From Yuukianura sp. NJ FZ-2021 (lineage: Eukaryota), in contig CM102290.1 of assembly GCA_046563655.1 (NCBI GenBank), positions 14,012,001-14,076,000 of the forward strand: a DNA stretch of 64,000 nt. The letters run 5' to 3'. The translations under genes were made by a program, and so were the position numbers. This document shows positions 23,788 to 37,395 of the stretch, piece after piece; positions within the stretch are counted from its first letter, which is position 1; every line of letters starts with the position of its first letter. The notes beneath the pieces are model-generated. The model did not search any database and was not told the origin of the DNA. It was given only the letters and a program-made list of their open reading frames with translations.

Positions 23788-26700
23788 CTTGCTCTTTTCT
23801 TCTTAAATGTCGCTGTTCGCTCAATTATTAATTAAGTTAATTAGAATTAGCAATTAATTCAACTTGAAACTTTACCGGAAAAAATGCTTCAAAACAACAA
23901 GTTTCGGTGGAAATAAGGCACAACTACGCCATTGTAGCCGAAAAGTATAGCCATTCAGGCCATATTGTATCTAGAATAAGCATCTATACCAGGTGGCAAC
24001 AGTAGCCGCTCTAACTTAAAAAATCTGGTCTAAGGTGGCAACAAAAGTAGCTAATTTGAGGCTACAATGGATGGCTACGCTAATCCATTGTAGCCGCAAA
24101 GTGGCTGCATTGTGCAGCTACAATGATGGTTCTTGATCTCTACTTCAACCAAAAAACTTTAATAATTTTTTTGTTTGAAAACTTCCCGCAATTTTCTATT
24201 CTTGTAAATTTGAAGAGACGCCACAAGTTACTCCGTTATGGGTACGAAAAAATAATTTAAAAAAAATCAATTTCAAAAATTCAAACGAAATTGTTATCGA
24301 TTTTTGAAAATTTTCTTGTATTCTTTATGAACTGTTACTACACAACGCAAATGTTACTCACTGAATGAATGGTTCCCTGTTGTTGGAATTCTTTGTTGCA
24401 ATCCCTCACTGTCCTTCAACTCAAAAATGATAACCTTTGACCCGAACTTACGAAAACGTGCTAGATATGAGACCATGCTGACTAATTCCCATGAGCACCA
24501 AACAATGTTCTAGATTTGAGACATTGCTAATCCTCTTGAGTCTAAAAAAAATTTCCGAGACGAGAAACGCACTGACAGACAAAAACTATAAAGTAGCTTT
24601 CCCTACTTCAGAACCCTCCAATAATACTCCAACACACTAAAAATTCTGGTTACGGTGTCATTTTTTGTGAGTTAAAAATTTTAATTAATCTAGGTTTAAT
24701 TAATCTAGGTCAATGACCTTCTGAAAGCGCTGTCCTGCTTTTATAAGTCGTTGACCTTCGATGACCTCACTTCCGACTGCCCAGTTTCGAAATAAAACTG
24801 AAGCAGAAAGCCCATGGGCATCTGAGGAAATCTAATTAACGTCTTTCTGCATCTTTGCTTGAGGTTCGTGAGAAATTTCAAATTCCCATTGTGTTAATTT
24901 AAACCCCAATTTACATTGTGTGAGAACGTAGTTTTTTTGATAACGCAATATATTTCACAATTGCTTCACTAAAAAATAAAATTACAATGTAAATGTAATT
25001 TTGTTAAGTTTCACTTTCTCCGTATCATACAGTATGAAAAATATAATTTATAAAATCTATCGTTTTTTAATCAATAAAACTTATGAATAATCTTCATACT
25101 TCACACAGTGTAATCTCTTCAACCACATGAATGTACCAAACCACGAGGTATTTGTTAAAACTGGTGACTAAAAAACACTTAACAGTGTCAAAAGTTTGAA
25201 AATGTACAAAAAAAATTACACTGAATTTGGTCACGTTGTTGAACTTTTGAAATTATACGATAAAGTTTTGAAAACGCGCTAAAAACCGAACGTTTTCAAA
25301 ACGTTTTAAGTTTGTTGGGCCAGATTCAAATCGAATATTATTTTTTCTCACTACGCAACTTGACCAAAGGTCATCATATGCTACCGCAAACTCATTCTAT
25401 TGGTCAAACCTAATTCACGTGAGTTGCGGTCAAGTCATGTGACTCATGCAGGTCATGCAACCACTCCTTGAGTCATTCATATCATTGGATCCACTCCAGA
25501 ACAATCTCTGGTCCGCCAAACATTTCGTTTAGTAGATGTGTATTGAATTATATACTAATTTTTTCTTTGTTAAAAAGTCGAATGCATAACAAAAACAAGC
25601 TTTTAAAAAAAAACTTATTTAAAAAAATGTTTCAAAAAAGTGCAAATTCTAAGTAAATTAACAAAATTGTGGTTGACCTCGACAAATAAATGTTGACTTA
25701 AATGTTAGAACAACAAAAAATAAAACACAAAAAACGACGACTAAGGTACAAATCCAGTTAATCTTAAGCAAAAATAAATTTTTTTTTGTCTTGAATTTCC
25801 AATTTGAAGGGCAACAAGCGATGAAAACACAAAACCTTTCTCAGTTTTTAAACATAGAAGTTGACACATTGAGGAGCTGGAACCGTGTCAGAGTGACCTT
25901 GACGTTGACACAACCATCAATTACAGTCAATTTATTTCAAGGCGTTTAAACAAAAATTTAAAACAATTGCGGAAGTTCGTCATTTTTAGCACGTTTGTAA
26001 CAAACGTCATCATCAGCTTCAGCATCTGTAGTTCGGTACTCCGATATCAGTAAACCGGTAAACCACTTGACGTCAAAATAAGCATCCATTTAAATTTACT
26101 GTTAATTTGACGGTTGACGGCAGATATATTTGACTTTGGCTTTGATAATTGACGGTAACTTTTCTTCTGATTGTTCAACCTTTGACGGTAATGGTCACAT
26201 ATGACCTTTTAACGCACGATATAGATACTTATTGAACATTCAATGACGTACGGTACTGACCTACTTACGTCAAACTTTTAACTCAATTATAGAAAAAAAA
26301 AATAGTTCAAACTATTTTGAGCAAAGTTGTGTGAGTATTTTTCAGTCCCACATTCCGTCATTGACGTCGTCGGATCAAGACAAAACACTGGCAGCAGCAC
26401 AAGACGTCAATTGTTTATAGAAGCCCAGTTCCAAAGAGTGACAAAGGTCAGAGGTCAAGTTTTCTGCTATATATGACCGCGTTAGCGGTAACTGTTAACT
26501 TGACGTATGACGGATTGCCGGTGGAACGTCATGAACACGATTGTAAAAGATTTAAGAAAAGGTCGGGGGGAAACTGGACGGACGGCGGGAAGCTCCATTT
26601 CAAATTTAAAAACAAAACAAAGAAAGACGTTGAGAGAAAATCTCAATTTAATTTCAATTAAGTTTAAGTTGTTATCGATTAATCGAAGATGTCTTCAGTT

Positions 26701-27880
26701 AACTCAAGTTAAAAGTAATTAACGACGTTAGTTTTACGATCTTCTACTGTAAGTATACTCTGACTACTGTGTCCCTGACATAGTTTTGGCCGAAAGAGAT
26801 CACAGGACTGGTGACTTGGTGACATGGACAGTTGATGTGGACCGATAGACTCACTCGGTGGACCAAGGAATACTGTCAGCATAACGTATAATTTGATATG
26901 GTAAGTTTACTTGTCCTATTCAATTCGTTTATCCAACACGCTCTGACCGTATGACTCCATTGTTCAACTCTTCTACAAATCATAGTCCGTTTCTTATGTC
27001 GTGCCGGCTACTAAAAGTTATAATTAGTCTCTGTGTACTAAGCTTATAACACGTAACCAGTTTCTGCATTTCACAGGTCCCTATACCCTCTGGTACTCAT
27101 CAAGTGACAATCAACATAAGGAACATCATAAGTCGACGGGAGGATGGCCACAAACAGTATTCTATGACTAATCAGTCACTCTCGGTATAACCCACGAACA
27201 ACTACTATAGTGGTCAGTCTTGCCCTGTTCCCTCCTGGTAACTAGTACTACAGCTGTTGAGTTGGGTAAGCCTAACTTTTTAAATTAAGCTAATCCAATG
27301 ACACATTAATTGGCAGAAGTGAGTGGTGGAGTGGACGTTCATTCTTTTTGTGTATTTTTACAAGTTGAAACCCTTGGCATTGGACTACTGGCCTAACCAG
27401 GCAAACAAGTATCCCCACACCCAGAGACCAGCACGAGGTGTCGAAGAAGAGGGGGATTTGGCACTACTAATTCAACTGAACTTGTTTGATTCTGGCAGAG
27501 GGTAAGCTCCAGTTTATAATCATACTATGTGAGGTATAACTTTGGTTGTGGTGGCTAAAAAGTGGTTGGCCTTGGTTATTCCAGGTAAGGTTGGAGACTT
27601 CCTCACTCTTCCCAGCGCCTTCAAACTAGAATCTTCCATTGTACAACTCACTCTCCGTGTCACGACCAATAGAAAATCAAGAATTGAAGAATATCAGCTG
27701 AGGGCACTGGAATCGTCTCTAGATTTAACTTTTAGACCAAACTCAACTAAAGTGGGAACAGAGTTTGGCTGTTGTTGGATATCAATCAACACTAGGCTAT
27801 TAACGACTCGGTTTCGGTGTTACCCGTGACCCTTGACACATCCAAAACCGAAACGGTGTTAAAGTGACAACGCAAGAAGC

Positions 27881-30800
27881 ATGGCGGAGGAAGAAGTTGT
27901 TGCAACAGCGGCAGAGGCTGGAACGGAAGCGTTCGTGGTTCTTTTTGGGATAGACTTTGGACTCCTCGATGTAATTCTGCTTGTTGGCCTTGGATCCATT
28001 GCCTTCTACTGGTTCTTCCTAAGAGAGAAAAAGCCTGATCCAAGTACTCAGTTCACGTCATACACAATCCAGTAAGTACAATTAGTTATTTGCAATTAAC
28101 TTTTTATAATACTTAAATTATATTTTAAACGTTTGCTCCGTTCCGACTGTCATGCTAAAATCACCACAGTCAATTACTTTACGGTATGATCAGACGATGA
28201 AGAGGCCATCAACAAGTGGTTTTTCACAAAGTTTTTTTTTTCCACGTGTTGGTTATGGTTTCTGTCTAACGATCAATGAACTCCGAAAACCATTTTGCGA
28301 AATTTTGAAACAACATTTTCGAAATTTTGACCACCAGACAATATTTTGACTTTCAATTTCGCAAAACTATTTCAAACGAATAAGTGCAAAGTTTTGTTCA
28401 AATTAAAACTAAAATGGCAAGAATTTGGTAGAAGTAGAAAAATATTAGTAGTGTGATGTATTTCTGAAAATCAAAGTAAAAGTTCAAAGTTTAGTTTCTT
28501 CAGTCAAATGAAATTCAAAATTCTGGAAACCGAAATTTTGAAAATTGAAGTCCAGTATAGTTCAAATTCAAGGTTGTTTGTTGCGATTGTACTTTGCCTA
28601 TTTGGAAATTACGACATTCATTATTACACTTCACAGTTTTATCTCCACTAGTCATCTCTCATCTGTGAGTGTTTATGTGACTTCGTAATTGAAAATGAAA
28701 TGAAGGTTGTGAATTTTGATGGCGTAGTAGGAGCCTCATAATTTCAGAAAAACCATTAGGTTTTTGAAATCCTGATTTTCATTATGCCTCAACAAACATG
28801 CTCGTTGCTGTTCCGAATTTCATATTTTTCCATTCATTTCTTTTTATTACAAAATTTCCAGTTCAGAAAGAACTGAAATTGAGGTCAAGTCAATTGCATG
28901 CTCACTTTCACTGGCGTAATTTTATTGAAAATTTAACCTCCTAACTAAAACTGAACCTTGAAAATTACGACAACCTGAAAGTAAAAAAAAAACTAAAACA
29001 TCAGAGAGCATTGCATGTTGAAGGTTAAAATTCCAAAACTAAAACAGCGAAGAGCACTGTATTTTTAAAAACAAAATTTCAAAATTTTGAAAAATAGGTA
29101 TACAAACCCGGTTTAAGGTAAAAGTGAAACTGAAATTTGAGAAACATGAATGTTGATGCACTTTGACTTTTGAAAATTCCAAAATCTGTTGCAGCCGTAA
29201 AAAATTTTGAACTTGAGTTTTTTGTGTTATTGTACTGCCCAACAACCTTGAGTTTTGTACCGTGACATTTCAAAAGTTGAGCTTTTGAAAATAATTACGG
29301 CGATTACAATTAATTTTGTTTTGAAAAGTTCGAAATGCGATTGTCTGGAGTTGAATTCCGTGTTTTAGCTTATTTTTTTTACTAGTTTTCATTATGCACA
29401 GAAATTGGCACGTGTATGTTCCACTTATGTCGTAATGCGGAAAAACTAAACTTTTTTTCCATTTCGTCAGAATTTTTTTTCTATTAAAGTTTTTCCTATT
29501 TCTTTTTAATGCAACAGTTTGTGTCATATTTTCCGTCCGGTTGGTCTCATGAAATGTTCACTGTGCATGTATGGACTTTTTTAAACACTTTTTTTGTTAA
29601 ACACAAAAATGGCAAAGTTTAAGTTTTTTTAAAGTTGATTTTGCTGATGGGTTGATTCGAACTACTGCTCCCTATCCCTGAACGTATTGTTTTTGAAGGC
29701 CATTTTCAATTGGGTTCAATTGAATTAGTGTGTCCACGTCAGTATATCACCCAAAGCAATCTGTACTTGGTCACTAAAAGTTACAAAAAAAAATTGTGAC
29801 GAGTTGGAGCTGTACGATATGCTGTATTTTTTAGGCTTGAAAGTTGGAGATTCATAAGTGAATTTTTTGTAAAAAGTGGAGGGGAGAGAGGAGCGGAGTT
29901 GCAAAGTGGTTTTGCAACTTCAAAACTTCAATTGTTATCAATTCCTTGTTTCGGACACATAATCTAAAAGTCTATTATTTTGGAGAATCTGAAACAGGCT
30001 GGACAAGTACTATATTCCAAAAGTCCATATAAAAAAGTTAGAGTGGAGTAGTTCAACTTTAAGCAGCGTGTGCGTGACATATGTCCCATTTTCCCATTAC
30101 GAACATTCACATGGATGCTTCATGTCTACCCTAACTCCTGTTACATACATTAGATTAAAAATTACATACTTCCGCGCAAAGTTTAAAAACCTAACCTAAC
30201 AAACAACGTAACAGTATAACCTGAGTTATGTTCTGAGCATGTGTTATGAAATGTTTGGCAAGCGTTTCACTGATTTTTAGATGCCATGTTAGATTTATGA
30301 TGCTGTGTTGTGTTACGATATGGTATGTTATGCTATGTTATGTTAAGGTATGGGTTGCTATGCTATGGTATGTTGTGGTTTGTTATGTTATTAAATATAT
30401 GAAGTTTGAGTTGAAACTAATTTTTGTGTGTTTTTTGAATTGCAGACCAACTACATTTACGAGTCGGCAGTCCGACAACAGTTTTATATCAAAATTGAAG
30501 AGTTCTGGAAGAAACATGGTTGTTTTCTACGGAAGTCAGACAGGAACTGGAGAAGAATTTGCTGGAAGATTGGCAAAGGAGGGGCAACGATACGGGATGA
30601 AAGGGATGGTAGCAGATCCAGAAGAATCTTCCATGGAGGAACTCACGCATATGAACGAAATTGAAAATTCCCTCGCCGTGTTCTGTGTGGCAACGTACGG
30701 AGAAGGAGATCCCACTGACAACGCTCAAGAATTCTACGAGTGGCTCCAGCAAGGAGAATGTGACCTCTCGGGACTCAACTACGCTGTAAGCACTCCAAAT

Positions 30801-33003
30801 TTTTAAAAATTTCCAAAAAAAAAGTTTGAAAATGGTAACCCAACTTTTTTTTTTTCGTTTTAGGTCTTTGCCCTTGGAAACAAAACGTATGAACACTACA
30901 ACGCCATGGGCAAGTACGTTGACGACCGTCTAGAGGAACTTGGAGCCACACGCGTCTTTGAGCTGGGCATGGGCGATGACGATGCCAACATTGAAGAGGA
31001 CTTTATCACTTGGAAGGATCGGTTCTGGCCAGCAGTTTGTGAGCGATTTGGAGTGGAGGCTTCTGGAGAAGACGTGTCCAGTCGCCAGTATCGACTCGAA
31101 GTCCATGACGACACAATTCCACCGGAGAAGTTGTATACTGGAGAAATTGCTAGACTTCATTCCTACACCAATCAGCGAGCTCCGTTTGACACGAAGAATC
31201 CATTCATGAGTGCCCTTTTAGTGAACAGGGAATTGCACAAGGGTGGAGACAGATCCTGCATGCACATTGAAATTGACATTACAAATTCCAAAATGCGTTA
31301 TGACTCTGGAGATCACGTGGCCGTTTACGCTGAAAATGACACTGCACTGGTCAACCGAATTGAAGAACTTCTTGGAGTTAGTCTGGACACGGTCATTTCT
31401 TTGATCAATTTAGACGGTGAGTCACTTTTCACAATTTACACAAAAATTTCTAGTTTTTTGGGTCAAATGTTTCGAAATTTTTTGAATTACGAAAAAATCG
31501 CTGACCTTTGAATTACGAAAATCGGAAAACCTCTTACGAAACAAAAGTTGCCGAAATTGGGTTGGGGTTGAGGAAAGACTAAAGCGAGAGTTGTAAATTG
31601 CGAAAGTTTTTTTTTGGAACGAGTTTTCGAAATTTTGAAAATACTATTTTTTTTTCTTGATTTTCAGAGGATTCGACCAAGAAGCATCCGTTTCCGTGTC
31701 CCTGTACATACCGAACGGCTCTTACATTCTACCTGGACATAACATCTAATCCCAGAACCCACATTTTCAAGGAACTGGCCGAGTACACAACTGATGAAAC
31801 TGAGAAGGAACTGCTGAAACTACTGTCCACAAGCACGCCTGAGGGAAAGGCCAAGTACAGTGAATGGATTATTGGAGACAACAGAAACATTGTCCACATT
31901 CTGGAGGATCTAAAGACGTGTAAACCTCCGCTAGACCACCTCTGCGAACTTCTTCCTAGACTCAATGCTCGGTACTACTCCATTTCATCATCACCCAAGG
32001 TCAGCAGCGTTGTCATGGACATAAATTTTCAAAAAATTTCAAAATTCAAAGTTATAGACTAACTTCATGTTTGAATTTTCAAAATTTGTAGGTTTACCCT
32101 ACGAGTATCCACATCACGGCAGCTCTGGTCAAGTACACGACGCCGACAAATCGTGTGAGCAAGGGCGTTGCGACGAGTTGGCTCGCAGGTCGCCAAGTCC
32201 GCAACGGTTTCACTCAGGGCCACCCTGACACCAAGTCCCTGATTCCAGTCTTTGTTAGAAAGTCACAATTTAGGTAAGTTTTAATAAGATAACTTATTGT
32301 ATTACTTTATATTTAGTGATATTAATGTATAATTTGTTATGCAGATTGCCAACACGTCCACAGACGCCTGTGATTATGATTGGACCTGGGACGGGTATTG
32401 CCCCGTTCCGCGGGTTCATCCAAGAGAGAGCCTATTATCATAAGGAGGGAAAACCCGTGGGAGAGACCATTCTGTACTTTGGGTGCAGAAACAAGGCACT
32501 GGACTTTATTTATCAAGAGGAACTGGAAGAGTACATTGCCTCGGGAGTACTTACGGTAAGTCAAAAACACAAAATTTCGAAAAAGTTTTCAAAAAGGTAG
32601 AAATTTAGAGTATAATATAAGCAAAATTGAATTTTGAATGAATTTTTGAAAACGGGTTTTGTACTTTTTAGCTCCATGTGGCTTACTCTCGTGACACGGA
32701 TAAGAAAGTATACGTACAACATTTACTTGCTGAACGAGCCGAGGAAGTGTGGAAACTCATTGGAACAGATAATGCTCATTTATATGTTTGCGGGTAGGTT
32801 TTCAAAATTTCAAAAAAATATTTTCAAAAATGTAATTTTTTTTTTTTGAATTTTGTAGAGATGCTAAGAACATGGCTCGTGACGTGCATGACGTGATAGA
32901 GAAGATTGTAAAAGAACAGGGAGGAATGACGGATACAGATGCTTCAGCATATGTCAAGAGAATGGAAGCTCAAAAACGTTACTCTGCCGACGTCTGGAGT
33001 TGA
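27881..33003 (+). CDS. Cpr: NADPH-cytochrome P450 reductase
   Basis: Exons 27881-28071, 30446-30785, 30864-31416, 31668-31999, 32092-32273, 32345-32555, 32672-32793 and 32859-33003. N-terminal anchor, FMN motifs VFYGSQTGTGEEFA and ATYGEGDPTDNA, FAD motif RYYSISSS, NADPH motif IGPGTGIAPFRGF, and C-terminus RYSADVWS*. Confidence 0.97.
30225..30400. repeat. Degenerate (TGTTA/TGCTA)n microsatellite-like tract in Cpr intron 1
   Basis: Runs such as tatgttatgctatgttatgtt. It explains the spurious hydrophobic N-terminus of ORF 30246..30806. Confidence 0.65.
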
Positions 33004-34329
33004 ACCCCCGGCTCTCCTAAACTTCATTCCACCTCTGACCTCTTGCCCACTTTCCTCTCCGTAACCTTTGACCTTCTCCATGCAAAATTTGGCTCCTCCT
33101 CCACGAAAACTCAAAATTTGGCTCCTCCTCCCGATCGTACGTTTGTGATTTAGACGTAGAAACACAAAAACTATTAAGCTATGCATTACTTTATATGTGC
33201 AGAGTGTAGATATTGACTGGCTGGACCATTTCAAAAAAATTGAAAAAAGTTTTTTTTTTTCGAAAAATTGAAATGGAAAAGTATTTTTAAAGGGTAAAAT
33301 TCAGGGAATTTGAGATAAAAAAATGTATCAAGTAGGCTCAAATTTTATGATTGATGATCAAAAACGACTAAGAATTGATAGGAAAAAACTAGGAAAACTG
33401 AAATTGTGACTGACGACAATAATTTCGAAACGGAAAAGTGTCTAAATATTTCTTTCAATTTTGGCGGTGTTGTGAAATCGAGTATAAAAAAAATGCTAAG
33501 AGGGTATTAATTAATCTTAATATGTAATCCTACGTTATCATTAATTAACAAAACACTAATTGTTTAAAAGGAGGATACAAAGGTGTAAATTTTCGAATTT
33601 TCGTAGTTTTTTTTTTCGTTTCCAAAAACTTCGGATATCCAACAACAGTCATCTTACGGCATAATCAAGGAGAGTTGAGTTAAATAAAAGACGATTAAGT
33701 AAAGTAAACTAAATCGGTAACAAAATAATGTAAAATTGGTAATTATTCAAAGTGTTTGAAATAATTTGAAACCCGGAAGCAACACGTAAATTTCTTCTGA
33801 TGCAAAGAATACTGAACTTTTATTTACATTTTGAAGTGGATTTGGAGTCTAGAGGTCAATGACTTCAAAACACAAATTACATGAGAATACTTTTGTGCTG
33901 GATGTCAGTGGACTAAAACTACTAAATTCAATTATTCCTACAACAACATTAACTAAACAACAAATTAACTAATCAAATTGAAACAGAAAAACAGAGTGCA
34001 AAAGTTATGTGCTAATTTTTGAATACAACGGAAGGAATCACATAACTTAACAATTAGCATTTCAGAATTGAGATTTAACAGACCTTAGGTAAGCTACAGT
34101 AACAAAGTACCAATATTGCATTCGGATTGGTACTAAATTGGTACTAATTTTTTGTTTTTTTTTTCAATTTTTTGTCAACAAGTGAGGTAGGAGCTAACCT
34201 CTTCCCCGAAAAGTTAAACAAAAGTAACTTTTCGTTGTCAAGGAACCTTGCACATAACTAACAATTCATCAATAAATAACACTTGACATTTTGTTTAACT
34301 TTAACAAATTCACTTAAGTTATGTTACTT

Positions 34330-35276
34330 TAGCAACCTTCTTCCCGGTGATGACGTAACATACGTTTGCATCTAAACTCTGCTTAGGAAATGTCACACAG
34401 TCATTCACATGGATTCGAATATGGTGGTTCAAATGATCACTTTGTGTAAATGCTTTCTTACAGAACTTACATGCAAAATGGCTTCTCTCCAGAATGGACA
34501 CGCGCATGCTTAGTGAGGTTTGATTTCTGTGTGAACTTCTTGTGGCACACTGTGCACTCGAAATCCTTCACTCCCTCATGCATCTTCACATGATCCTTCA
34601 AGTGAGTGGATTTACTGAATTCCTTGCCACATTCCTTGCATGGGTGTGGTTTCTCTCGAGTGTGGATCCTAATGTGGCACTTGAACACACTTTGTGACTT
34701 GAATGTGGCTGTGCAGAATACACATTCAAATGATTTCTCTTTCGTGTGTTGCCGCATGTGGATCTCCAGACTTTCTTTCTCTCTGGTTGCATAAGTGCAA
34801 AAGCTGCACTGGAATCGCTTATCTCCAGCGTGGATCCTCACATGCATCTTCAGACTGATCTCTTGTGTGAATCTCTTGTGGCACTCCGTGCACTGGAAAC
34901 GACGTTCATTTGTGTGTGTGGCAACATGGTAGTCCAAGTCCCTCTTTGACTGTGCAGCATGGTTGCAGATTGTACATGTGAATTTGCTTACTTTTGTGTG
35001 TATGATAAGATGTTGTTTGAGTTCTCCGTTTGATTTGAATTTGTTTTTGCAGTGACTGCATTCAAACAATCCCTCGTTCGTGTGACCTTTCATGTGAATT
35101 GTAAGGTTATCTTGCCTGTTGAATGTTTTTGGGCATCTGGAGCAACTGAATGGTGGAACATCCAAGTGAAGCCTGGAATGTCGACGTAGGTGTGATTTAC
35201 TTGTGAGGTGTTTGTGACATTGGTCACATTCGTATGTCTTTTCAGTTCCAGTGACCTCTGACCTTTTGTCAGCCAT
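34330..35276 (-). pseudogene. C2H2 zinc-finger paralog ZF-B, frameshifted/truncated after finger 9
   Basis: The ORF ends SGEKPFCM* because of one extra base in the A-run at 34475-34478 (paralogs have AAA). The missing finger (ACKFCKKAFTQSDHLNHHIRIH) continues in another frame. The last finger has lost its CxxC, with AEFRCKRMLRHHREE surviving after a further frame change. Confidence 0.8.
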
Positions 35277-36429
35277 TTAGTTTCAACCGTTCTTTTATTA
35301 CCTAGACAATAATACAAACCAAGATTATGCCTTATTTCCAAACTTTTTCGTAGTTGTTGCACTTCCAGTACAAAGTGTTTCGTATTTTCCTTACCAATTT
35401 CCTGACTCCAACAGTAAAGTGTCCGAAGTTGAGCTGATGTCCAGTCAATCGAAACTGAATGTACACTTGACCTCTAGTGGCGTGACCTTGACCTCTGACC
35501 TTGTCCTTGGAGAGTAACACTGGAAGCGTCCTTCCTTCTCCGCTGCTTTTCTGCCTCTGACTGGACGGAGGCTCATCTTCCAGGAAAACCCGCATGGCAT
35601 CAGTCACAAAAAATCAAGATTTTACATTTTCCAAAAACTCAGAATTTTGATAAAGACGTGTAACGTCGCGAATGACAAGATTTGCCAATTGATTTCACAT
35701 TTCCAGAGCATTTCATATCTTCCAATCCATTCACATTTGACATAACTTTTTGCAACGGAAAATTGAAATTTTTAAACTCAGATTTTTGCTCTCTTCGCTT
35801 TGATTCACCCAGTGTTAAGCCCCTGCATTGCTTACTTACTAAACAAAAATACTTCCATGAAAAAAATCAGAAATTGAAAATTTTGAAAATTATTTAAAGT
35901 CTTGGAAGTAATTTGAAACCATGAAGGAAGCAACACATAATTTTCTTCTGATGCAAAGAATAGACAACTTTTATTTACATGTTGAATTTGATTTTGGATT
36001 GTGTAGAGGTCAATGACCTCAAAACACAAATTACACGAGAATATTGAGTGATGGATGTCAGTGGACTAAAACTACTAAATTCAATTATTCCTAAAGCAAC
36101 TTTAACTAAACAACAAATTAACTAATCAAATTGAAACAGAAAAACAGAGGGAAAGTTATGTGCTGTTTTTCATGAGTGGGAGGTGCAACAGAAGAAATCG
36201 CATTAAAGTATAATAATTATATAATTATATACTATTAGTATGTATATATACTAATATACTATTAAATGCAAATTGTTTGTACTAAGAATTAGCATTATAC
36301 AGAATTGAGACTTAACAGACCTTAGGTAAACTAGTGCAACAAACTTGTCCAGGTTATATAACTTTACCTACTGCGTTATAGCAGTAACTAACAAACTAAC
36401 AAGTGATTTGATTGGACAGAATTTGTAAG

Positions 36430-37395
36430 TTATACGTCGACGCAGCATTCTTCCCGGTGACGCAACAAATTGCGTTTGTATCTGAACTCTGCCTCGCAAC
36501 TCCCACAACTAAACGGCTTCTCATTCAAGTGGATGCGAAGGTGGGAGGTCAAGTCACCACTTTGTGCAAATGCTTTGTCACAGAACTTACATGCAAATGG
36601 CTTCTCTCCAGAATGGACACGCGCATGTGTAGTTAGTGTTGATTTCTGTCTGAATTTCTTGTGGCACACTGTGCACTCGAACTCCTTCACTCCTGCATGC
36701 ATCTTCACATGATTCTTCAATCCATAGGATGTGCTGAATTCCTTGCCACATTCCTTGCATGGGTGTGGTTTCTCCCCAGTGTGGATCCCCATGTGGTACT
36801 TCAACACACTTTGTTGCTTGAATGTGGCTGTGCACAACACACATGCGTATGGTTTCTCATTCGTGTGTTGTCGCATGTGGACTTCAAGTGTGTGCTTGTG
36901 TATGGCTGCATATGTGCAGAAGTTGCACTGGAATCGCTTGTCGCCTGTGTGGATCCTCAGATGTCTCTTCAGATGGCCCTCTTCCGTGAATCTCTTGTGG
37001 CACTCCGTGCATTGATAACGACGTTCATTTGTGTGTGTGGCAACATGGTCGTCCAACCTCCTCTTTGACTGTGCAGCATAGTTGCAGATTGCGCACGTGA
37101 ATTTGCTTACTTTTGTGTGTATGATGAGGTGTTGGTTGAGGTCTGAGTTTGATTTGAATTTGTTTTTGCAGTGACTGCATTCAACCAATCCCTCGTACGT
37201 GTGTCCTCGCATGTGTCGTGTAAGCAGACCTTTCTGGTTGAATGTTTTTGGACATTTAGAACAACTGAATGGTCGAACATCCAAGTGGAGCACGGAATGT
37301 AGGCGTAGGTTTGCTGCACTTTTGAAGTGCTTGTGACATTGGTTACATTCGTATTTGCTTCCAGTTCCAGTGACCTCTGACCTCTTGCCAGCCAT
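36430..37395 (-). CDS. C2H2 zinc-finger paralog ZF-C (11 fingers)
   Basis: 321-aa ORF collinear with ZF-A but lacking finger 2 (28 aa). Same leader and upstream splice acceptor. Confidence 0.92.
   Translation of the reverse strand: MAGKRSEVTGTGSKYECNQCHKHFKSAANLRLHSVLHLDVRPFSCSKCPKTFNQKGLLTRHMRGHTYEGLVECSHCKNKFKSNSDLNQHLIIHTKVSKFTCAICNYAAQSKRRLDDHVATHTNERRYQCTECHKRFTEEGHLKRHLRIHTGDKRFQCNFCTYAAIHKHTLEVHMRQHTNEKPYACVLCTATFKQQSVLKYHMGIHTGEKPHPCKECGKEFSTSYGLKNHVKMHAGVKEFECTVCHKKFRQKSTLTTHARVHSGEKPFACKFCDKAFAQSGDLTSHLRIHLNEKPFSCGSCEAEFRYKRNLLRHREECCVDV

Noticed and set aside
34467..34480. Programmed ribosomal frameshift rescuing ZF-B
   Set aside because: No slippery heptamer or stimulatory structure is visible, and a second downstream lesion indicates decay.
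35332..35607. 91-aa ORF upstream of ZF-B (and 39450..39767 upstream of ZF-D) as independent genes
   Set aside because: Homologous DNA in the other copies has frame-breaking indels and the ORFs read through the 5'UTR intron; treated as UTR/uORF sequence.
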